From Candidatus Sigynarchaeum calidifontis (GTDB taxonomy: Archaea > Asgardarchaeota > Lokiarchaeia > Sigyniarchaeales > Sigyniarchaeaceae), in assembly GCA_030587475.2 (NCBI GenBank), contig JAUQYZ020000059.1:1-64000 (forward strand): DNA of 64,000 bases, in the 5' to 3' direction. A program made the position numbers and the translations under genes. The notes under the pieces are model-generated. The model was not told the origin of the DNA and made no database searches. It saw only the letters and a program-made list of their open reading frames with translations. Shown here in pieces: positions 56,949 through 64,000 of the stretch. Every line of letters starts with the position of its first letter. Position 1 is the stretch's first letter.

Positions 56949-58940
56949 TCACGCGCTCGAGACGAGTTCTTTCATCTCGTGCTCCACGCGTTCGTAATTG
57001 GAAATCGGGTGCACGTTCCGCCATTTACATTTCGCCACGAAGAAGCACGTTATCTTGAACATCCAGCGCATCGCCCACTTGCTCGGCCCCGACAGTTCGA
57101 TGGACTTGCGCAGCTCCTCGAGCGTGTAGTCATCCCACGATCCTAGAAGGGCCAGGAACGGGCAGTAAAAAATGCCCGGGAAGATAAAGATCATGCCGAG
57201 GAGGACTGCGACCGCCATCGCGATCATGCTGGCCGTGGTGCCGATCGCGAGGGCGAGCAGGGCCTCGATGGCCGGCCACGCGACGTAAGTGAACAAGACG
57301 AGCACGCCCGCGTAGCACGCGCAAGCAAGCACCGGCGCGATGATGCCCTGGTACAGCATTTTCCGATATTGGATCTTGATGACCCGCTTTTGGATCCAGA
57401 GATAACCGGCGAGGGCTTGCAAGCAGCCGTTGATCGCGTCCGGCACCATGAGCAGCGTCCAGACGGGCATGGCACCGGCCACCAGGCATGACCAGATGAA
57501 CAAGAACTTCAGCGCGTAGCCCGGCAGCGTGAAGATGAAGTTCAAGTAGATGGGGGGCATCGGCCGGTTGCTCGCGATGAAGATGGTCGACCAAAAGCCT
57601 CGCAGCGGGCCGGTCATGTCGACGACGAGCACGACGGGGATCATGACGATGCCTGCTCTATAGTTCTGCAACGCCGGGAACACGTCGATGACCGTCATGA
57701 TCACGCGGGGGCTGATGATCACCATCGACGTGAACATGTAAAACGTCACGATGCAATACCACTTGATCACGCTCTTGAGCACGTGGTTCGTGTACTCCAT
57801 CTTGCCGTTATTGTATGCTTCCGAGATGGCCGGGCTCGAAAGACCGGCCATGGCTGATTGATGCGAGACGAGATGGCCCAGGAAGGCCGGGATCATGAGC
57901 ATCCCGCTCCACGCGGCGAAGCTCGGCATGGTCACGATGATGTATAGCCCCACGAGGTAGCCGAACAAACCAAGGACTTGGTTGCCGATCCACTGCTTTC
58001 CGGTGAACGTTAGGCACTCCTTGATGATTCGACGGTCGAACGCGGGCCTGAAAACGGCCCGCACGCCCTCGGTAACGCCGCGATCCTTGAGGACTTGATT
58101 GAAAAAATAGCTACCGAGCGCGAGATTGATCCAATCATCGAGGTACATGGAAAGGATATAGAAAACCACGATTCCCATCAATTCCCCGACGCGCGTATCG
58201 CTATTGCCCCATGCCTTGCCGATAACGAGGCAAACGACATTCACCGACCCCTGGAAGATGGTGTTTTGCAACCAGACAAGGATGCCCAGTTTATCGCCGC
58301 GTTGGAACGCCTTCAAGCTCGCGGTCATGATCATCAGCATGCCCGGATATTGCACCATCATGTCCGCGATGATGAACCAGGTCAAATATGCCAAGCTCGT
58401 GTGTACCAGGTAAACAAAGCCAATGATAGAAAACATCGTGACTTGTAAAAGACCCGTGAACATCTGAAACCAAAGATAAAATTGAACATAGGAGATTGCT
58501 CTACGCGGGTTGCTGGAGCTGTATTGACCGATGAATCGCATCACGCCATCAGAGAACCCGCCTCCCCCACCAAGGTTCAGGTCAAACAATCCATACCAGA
58601 ACCCGACGAAGGCCGCCGCCGCGTTTTTATACCCCGTGATCTCCGGATAGGGCAAAAAAACCGGAAGGACGGCCCCGACGAGCAAGATGCCGATGAGCGC
58701 CTCGCCCAATGCCAGGATGTAACCGAACAAGTATGCTCCGCTGATACGGTGGAATCCAATATGGTTCCAGAGGTCTTGTTCCGTTCCAGGTTCATCGAGC
58801 TTCTTTCCCGTCCTCGACCTGGCCTTCCGCATGAGGTGATGAATCGCCGTCTTGAAGCGATTGCTTTTACTAGTCACGGATCCGGCGCACGTTTCGTTTC
58901 CCGGCGCGCGGGTGGGTTTATCCACGTCAACCATGGTCAT
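56949..58940 (-). CDS. MOP-superfamily oligosaccharide flippase-like membrane protein (paralog 1)
   Basis: About 14 hydrophobic segments; LKAFQRGD, PAISEAYNNGK; collinear with 59489..61354. Confidence 0.75.
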   Translation of the reverse strand: MTMVDVDKPTRAPGNETCAGSVTSKSNRFKTAIHHLMRKARSRTGKKLDEPGTEQDLWNHIGFHRISGAYLFGYILALGEALIGILLVGAVLPVFLPYPEITGYKNAAAAFVGFWYGLFDLNLGGGGGFSDGVMRFIGQYSSSNPRRAISYVQFYLWFQMFTGLLQVTMFSIIGFVYLVHTSLAYLTWFIIADMMVQYPGMLMIMTASLKAFQRGDKLGILVWLQNTIFQGSVNVVCLVIGKAWGNSDTRVGELMGIVVFYILSMYLDDWINLALGSYFFNQVLKDRGVTEGVRAVFRPAFDRRIIKECLTFTGKQWIGNQVLGLFGYLVGLYIIVTMPSFAAWSGMLMIPAFLGHLVSHQSAMAGLSSPAISEAYNNGKMEYTNHVLKSVIKWYCIVTFYMFTSMVIISPRVIMTVIDVFPALQNYRAGIVMIPVVLVVDMTGPLRGFWSTIFIASNRPMPPIYLNFIFTLPGYALKFLFIWSCLVAGAMPVWTLLMVPDAINGCLQALAGYLWIQKRVIKIQYRKMLYQGIIAPVLACACYAGVLVLFTYVAWPAIEALLALAIGTTASMIAMAVAVLLGMIFIFPGIFYCPFLALLGSWDDYTLEELRKSIELSGPSKWAMRWMFKITCFFVAKCKWRNVHPISNYERVEHEMKELVSSA

Positions 58941-59045
58941 GAGACCCGTTCGAGGCCATGTAACTCCCGTCCGCCGCGTTCCATTTCAAGCTATCATGCC
59001 CGGTTCCCATCACGCCCGCGGGGATTGATGACTGGCACCACGATA

Positions 59046-59471
59046 CTATTTTAGCCTCGCGCGAACCAGCTGGTGCGGGGCCCCCTCCTCGTCGAATTCA
59101 TCACCGTGCGGCGAGAAGCCTGCCTTTAAATAAAATCCCCGGGCTTGAACCTGGGCGTGGGCCACGAGATAGGCCCCGCCTAACTTTTTCGCGATCGGGA
59201 TCGCTGCGGCGACGAGCGCTTTCCCGATGCCCTTCCCGCGCCATGCTTTCTCCACGGCCATCCGCCCGAGCACGACGTTGCCGCCCTCCTTGAACAACCG
59301 GAGCGTGCCGATCACGGCGTTGCCTTCTTTCGCGATCAGAAACGTGGATTCATTGTCATGCTCGTCGATTTCTATGGATTCCGAGAATCCTTGCTCCAGT
59401 ACGAAGACTTTGTACCGGAGCAAGAACATCTTCCCGATATCGTCGATCTTGGACGCGATGAGGATGTTCAC
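59046..59471 (-). CDS. GNAT acetyltransferase (ElaA/YjcF-like)
   Basis: LRYKVFVLEQG, GRMAV..WRGKGIG, HAQVQA.GFY, FDEEGAPH. Confidence 0.92.
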   Translation of the reverse strand: MNILIASKIDDIGKMFLLRYKVFVLEQGFSESIEIDEHDNESTFLIAKEGNAVIGTLRLFKEGGNVVLGRMAVEKAWRGKGIGKALVAAAIPIAKKLGGAYLVAHAQVQARGFYLKAGFSPHGDEFDEEGAPHQLVRARLK

Positions 59472-59488
59472 GGCGATGCATCTCGATG

Positions 59489-61354
59489 CTATTCGGTTGC
59501 TTTCTTGGTCTTCTCCTCGTTCCGCGAGCGGATTTCCATGAGTTCCAGCGCCTCCCGGTGCGCATCGCTGGCGGGAATCGGGAACTTGTTGTGTAAAGGC
59601 GAGATCTTGATGCCCGCCTTGAGGAATAACGTGAGAAAGTTCATGAGCGGGCGTGATGGCCCGGATATCCTGACCGCATCGTACATGGTCTTCAAGCCAA
59701 AATCGTCAAACCCGCCGAAGAACCCGTAGGAGAAAAAATAGATGGCGAAGCTCCCGACGAGCATCCAGATGACCGTTACGAGGACACCGGGGATCAAGCC
59801 GGCTGCAGCGTCGATAACCGGATACGCGAATGAGATGTAGAGCCAGCTGGCGAGCCAGATGAAAGAGGAGCCGAGCGTTGGCGCCACGATGGCCTGCCCG
59901 AAAGGAAAGTGGACGTTCACGATGCGGCGGTGGATGTATGCCCAGCACGTGATCGTCTTCAACAAGGTCGGGATGAACGTGCCGAGCGGCATGAGCCACA
60001 CGACGGCAGAAAAACCGGCATCTGTCAGGCGAAGCCACGGGATCCAGAGCGTCATGAAGAACAGTTTCCCGGCCTCCTCGAAAATCCGGACGATCGTGAT
60101 GAATCTCGGCCGCGATGCCCCCACGATTACCTGGTCTGCGAAACCAGAAATCGGTTCCAGGAGTTTCATGATGATCCATGGTGCGAGAAATGGAACTGCG
60201 AGGATATAGATTTCAGCCCCACCAAAGCGCAGCGCGACAGTCAAGATGAGTGGCATGTAGCTCATGAGCATCACGAGGAGTGGAATGGCCAGGAAGAAGT
60301 TCCAGCGCCAGCTTTGCGCGATGTAGAACTGCGCAAGCTTTTTCTTGCCGTTCAAGAAGGATTCCGATATGGCCGGTACCAGCTCGAGCCCCGTGCCCCA
60401 TTGCACCGCCTGGGCGATGCCCGCGGCGACGCCGGAGAGGAGAATCCACGTGCTATACTGCGGTACCATGAGTATCCAGTACCAGGAGATTATCTGGCCG
60501 ACGACCACGCCGAACAGCGGGCCGGCCGACACTTGCAAGCCGAACCACAAGCATTCCTTCGCGATGCCCCGGTCGAAATCGTGGCGGAAACAATCACGAA
60601 TCTTGAGGTCGGGCATGATGTCTCGCACGGCTTTCCTGAAATAATGCGCCCCGAGAAACATGGCAAACACGTCGTCGACATAGCTGCCGATCGTCGCGCC
60701 AAGCGTGAGGCCCATGAGCTCCCCGACCGCCGTGTTCATCGCGCCGAGATATCGGCCGAGCAAGATGAAGAGAATGTTCGTTGCCATCTGGAAGAACTGC
60801 CCGTGCAAGAACTGAAGGATCTGCGACCGGTCGAATCGTTGTAGCCCTTTTAGCGACGCTGAAAAGAAACCAAGCATTCCTGGATATTGTGTTGTCGAAA
60901 CGATAAGTATAATCCACGTGAGATGGGCAAGGTTGCCGGCAGGCACCATGTAGACTGCCCACAAGGTTATCGCGGTTGTTTGAACCAAGCCCGTGAGCAT
61001 CTGATACCAGATAAAGAACTGCAAGTAAAAAATCATCCGGCGCGGGTTCTTGATGCGCCACTCGGCGATGAACCGCTCGATCCCGTACGCCGTTCCCACG
61101 TCGAACACCGTGAAGAGCAGCACGAACAGCTGCCCCACGATGTTCCGGTACCCTTCCGCCTCTGGCCACGGGTAGAATGTCTGGAGCAAGAAGCCGGCCA
61201 TCAAGGCACCGATGATTATCTCTATCAAGAACAGCATGTATCGATAAAAGAACCCGCCCAAGGTCCTCGTGAACCCGACCTGGTTCCACGGGTCGACGCC
61301 CTTGAATTTCTCTTCCAGCACTTCGATGCTCGATGGTGATTCTGCCTTTTCCAC
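59489..61354 (-). CDS. MOP-superfamily oligosaccharide flippase-like membrane protein (paralog 2)
   Basis: About 14 TM; LKGLQRFD, PAISESFLNGK, ISGPS motifs shared with paralog 1. Confidence 0.75.
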   Translation of the reverse strand: MEKAESPSSIEVLEEKFKGVDPWNQVGFTRTLGGFFYRYMLFLIEIIIGALMAGFLLQTFYPWPEAEGYRNIVGQLFVLLFTVFDVGTAYGIERFIAEWRIKNPRRMIFYLQFFIWYQMLTGLVQTTAITLWAVYMVPAGNLAHLTWIILIVSTTQYPGMLGFFSASLKGLQRFDRSQILQFLHGQFFQMATNILFILLGRYLGAMNTAVGELMGLTLGATIGSYVDDVFAMFLGAHYFRKAVRDIMPDLKIRDCFRHDFDRGIAKECLWFGLQVSAGPLFGVVVGQIISWYWILMVPQYSTWILLSGVAAGIAQAVQWGTGLELVPAISESFLNGKKKLAQFYIAQSWRWNFFLAIPLLVMLMSYMPLILTVALRFGGAEIYILAVPFLAPWIIMKLLEPISGFADQVIVGASRPRFITIVRIFEEAGKLFFMTLWIPWLRLTDAGFSAVVWLMPLGTFIPTLLKTITCWAYIHRRIVNVHFPFGQAIVAPTLGSSFIWLASWLYISFAYPVIDAAAGLIPGVLVTVIWMLVGSFAIYFFSYGFFGGFDDFGLKTMYDAVRISGPSRPLMNFLTLFLKAGIKISPLHNKFPIPASDAHREALELMEIRSRNEEKTKKATE

Positions 61355-61440
61355 GCGTGTCCACTGGTTGTTCGTGAATGGTCAAGCATCGACGGGAGTG
61401 TTGATAAGCCGGATCCTCCGGCAACGAGCAACGCGGGATA

Positions 61441-62973
61441 TCATTCCTTCCCGAGCTCGACCCGATCGATCACGTGCGCCTCGAAGAGATCGAGGATCGA
61501 CGCGTCATTGACGAGACGCGACGTCTTGAGCTGGCAAGCGGGTGCTTGGCCGGCCATCTTGCCGCGCTCGTAGTCGTGGAAAAAACCGGGCTTCAAGATC
61601 CACAATTCCGGCTCCACGAGGATGCGCCTGGTGCGGCTGATCTCGTAGACATCGTTGAGCCGCCTGAGTTCCCGGTCCAGGGCTGACAAGTATTCCATCG
61701 GCGATCCCGGTCGCTTGCTTGCGTCGAACTCGATGGCATGCACGTAACGTGCCTTCGGGCTATACATGCCGACGACGCAGAAGTCGACAGCCTTGCAGCG
61801 ACACGCTGCATCCGCCGCGTTGATGGCGGCGAGCACCTGGGCCGGCGTGACTTTCTCGCCGGCGATGTCCATGGCGTTGGTCCTGGAGACGACCTCGATC
61901 CTCGGCGGATCGACGTCCAGGAACCGGACAACGTCGCCGATTTCGTAGGCAAACAAGCCGTTATGCGATGTGATGACGAGCCGGTAATCGATGCCCTTCT
62001 TGACCTCGTGGAGCAGCAATCTCTCGGCCGGGTTCGTCATGGGGACGAACTCGAAGAAAACATCGTCGTGTAAAAGGGTGAGGCCCGGTTGTGGCGAGAG
62101 CTGGGCCGCGAACATGCCCTCGGAGGCGGCATAAACCTCGCGGAACGTGAAATCCCGGCCGAGGATGCGGCGGATGCGGGGCTCGTAATACTTCGGCGAG
62201 ACGCCCGAGAGGATGCCGAATCGCAAGGACGGGAACAAGTCTTGGATCCCGGATGCTCCTCTCGTGCGGACCATGTGTTCGAGGAGGGTCACGGCCACCG
62301 GCGTCGTGCCCACGACCGCGGTCAAGTTTTTCCCCGCGCATTCTAGCGTGACCAAGTCGAATTGCTTTTTCATGCCGAACCTGGCCAGGTGGAGCGGGGT
62401 GTAGTATTTTGACTGGATCACGTATTGCCACGCTCGGGCCGCGCTCGGGAGTGCCATCAAGCCCGTGATGTATCCCACGGGAACGTCGCCCGCGTTGCGA
62501 ATGATGGCCGGTGCCGGGAGGTAAAGCCACGTTCCCCGGACGATGCGCGCGTTTCGCGGGGGATCTTCTGCAACGAAATGGCCCGCCGTCCGGAGCAAAG
62601 CCACGCTGTATGTCTTGACGATCTCCGGGGTCACCGGAATGAGCTTGGGCTTGCCCGTGGTGCCCGTCGTGTGCGCGAAGGCGACGAGCTTGCTGTTGGA
62701 CAGGACGTGCTTGTTTCCCTCCAACATCGCGTCCACGTATGGCTTGAAATAGTCATACGTACGTGGTTTGCAGTGATTTTGAAAAGATCTCAAACTCCGG
62801 ATGTCATCGAAACGATGTTTCTTGCCGAAGGCGGTCGACGCGTGCCGGCGCAGGATCTCGGCGAGGAGCTGTTCTTGACGTTTTTCAGGGTTGGCAAGTG
62901 CCCACCGAGAATAACCGAGGAAAGGCTTCAGACCGATCTTGACAAGTGCCTCGACGACCCCCATGACGGTCAC
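61441..62973 (-). CDS. GH3 (auxin-responsive promoter family) acyl-acid amido synthetase homolog
   Basis: TAFGKKH.F, HTTGTTGKPKLIP, YAASEG, FFEFVP, GLFAYEIGD, GEK. Confidence 0.88.
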   Translation of the reverse strand: MTVMGVVEALVKIGLKPFLGYSRWALANPEKRQEQLLAEILRRHASTAFGKKHRFDDIRSLRSFQNHCKPRTYDYFKPYVDAMLEGNKHVLSNSKLVAFAHTTGTTGKPKLIPVTPEIVKTYSVALLRTAGHFVAEDPPRNARIVRGTWLYLPAPAIIRNAGDVPVGYITGLMALPSAARAWQYVIQSKYYTPLHLARFGMKKQFDLVTLECAGKNLTAVVGTTPVAVTLLEHMVRTRGASGIQDLFPSLRFGILSGVSPKYYEPRIRRILGRDFTFREVYAASEGMFAAQLSPQPGLTLLHDDVFFEFVPMTNPAERLLLHEVKKGIDYRLVITSHNGLFAYEIGDVVRFLDVDPPRIEVVSRTNAMDIAGEKVTPAQVLAAINAADAACRCKAVDFCVVGMYSPKARYVHAIEFDASKRPGSPMEYLSALDRELRRLNDVYEISRTRRILVEPELWILKPGFFHDYERGKMAGQAPACQLKTSRLVNDASILDLFEAHVIDRVELGKE

Positions 62974-62974
62974 T

Positions 62975-63994
62975 CTACACCTTGTCTGCTAAAAGCTTGT
63001 TATCGAGCCTCTTGTCTTTCTCGATGCGCTCGGCATACGATGCCGGATCGAGGGCCTTGATGACCTTGGCCGGGATGCCACCGACCATCGTGTACGGCGC
63101 GACGTCCTCGTTCACCAGCGAGTTTGCTGCCACGACCGCCCCCTCGCCGATCGTGACGCCCGGCGTGATGGTCACCCCCGCCGCGACGCGTGCATAGCTG
63201 CAGATCCGCACGGGGCCGTAGAGAAATGCCCGGCGGGTGTCCCTGTCTATGAACGTGTGGGTGATGATGTTGCAAGAGAGGCCGACTTGTGCATGATCTT
63301 CGAGGATGACCAGGTTCGGGAGCATGTGATCGATGCGCGTGTATTGGGAGATGAGGCAATTGCGGCCTAACTGGACTCCGACGAGTTTAAAAAGACCATT
63401 CTTGAACTTCGGCCAGAAATTAAAGTGCGTCGCGATCTCGGCGAATAAATTCATCAGCGTGCTCTTGAGGAAGCGCGAGCCCGCGCCCGCATCGCCTTGC
63501 TCCCACAGCACCTGGTCGATCATGACGAAGATCAACGCGTTGATCGTCGAATTGATGCGGGACTTGCTCGTGTCGAAGTAGACGATCTTCCGCTTCCCGT
63601 CGACCTCGACCTTGTACGTGATCTTCTTGTACTCGCCCCGGTCCTTGATTAAATCGCCCAGAAAAGTGGCGAGGTCACACCCGAGATCGAGGAAAAAGAG
63701 GAACACGAGGAACATGGGGAAAAATGACACGGCGATGATGAGCTTGGACTCCACGTTCCAATCCGGGTTTCCTATGAGTGCAAAAAAGCACCAGGCAATG
63801 GTGGAAAGGAACTGGCCGACCCAAAGGATAACGCAGCCATACACGAGGATCATGCTACCGATTCGATGCTTCTTGGCCGCGCTGTACGCGATTATGTACA
63901 CGGGGATGGAAAAAAAATGAACCAACAAGTTCCACGTGAAAAAATTCACCAATTGCCCGTAGAACAGCGAGACGAACACGTTGCCCGTTTCCAT
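62975..63994 (-). CDS. Hexapeptide-repeat acyltransferase with N-terminal TM helices
   Basis: About 3 TM then GPVRI, PGVTIGEGAVVAANSLVNEDV, VGGIPAK. Confidence 0.85.
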   Translation of the reverse strand: METGNVFVSLFYGQLVNFFTWNLLVHFFSIPVYIIAYSAAKKHRIGSMILVYGCVILWVGQFLSTIAWCFFALIGNPDWNVESKLIIAVSFFPMFLVFLFFLDLGCDLATFLGDLIKDRGEYKKITYKVEVDGKRKIVYFDTSKSRINSTINALIFVMIDQVLWEQGDAGAGSRFLKSTLMNLFAEIATHFNFWPKFKNGLFKLVGVQLGRNCLISQYTRIDHMLPNLVILEDHAQVGLSCNIITHTFIDRDTRRAFLYGPVRICSYARVAAGVTITPGVTIGEGAVVAANSLVNEDVAPYTMVGGIPAKVIKALDPASYAERIEKDKRLDNKLLADKV

Positions 63995-64000
63995 GTAGAA

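Overview
Gene-dense archaeal window. It is most likely from a relatively GC-rich Asgard archaeon of the Lokiarchaeia type. This is inferred from a group II chaperonin, RIO2, DRG, a Rag-like GTPase, SDS22-type LRR proteins, a giant single-pass surface protein and a vWA-RING/PHD fusion. The first ~7.8 kb is an accessory hotspot. AT-richer cargo (an SDH/Clp-fold protease unit, two PIN/UPF0175 toxin-antitoxin pairs, and a PD-(D/E)XK-like coiled-coil gene plus its decayed copy) is separated by two interleaved families of direct repeats. Repeat A is the 3' end of the LRR genes (4 copies). Repeat B is an orphan gene 3' end encoding RQRLDPQAVDPILKQVALQHLNYLE (3 long copies plus 1 stub). The result is a cassette-array-like layout with no integrase in view. 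The rest is mostly core and metabolic genes. Notable loci are a 2585-aa surface protein with a long cytoplasmic tail, a TrmB/coiled-coil/PLD-like protein, and an Rpn10/p44/MERIT40-like vWA protein with two C4HC3 fingers. The window ends in a co-oriented cluster of acyltransferase, GH3-type acyl-amido synthetase, two flippase paralogs and a GNAT. No rRNA, tRNA or CRISPR array was recognised. All product calls come from motif recognition by eye, not database searches.
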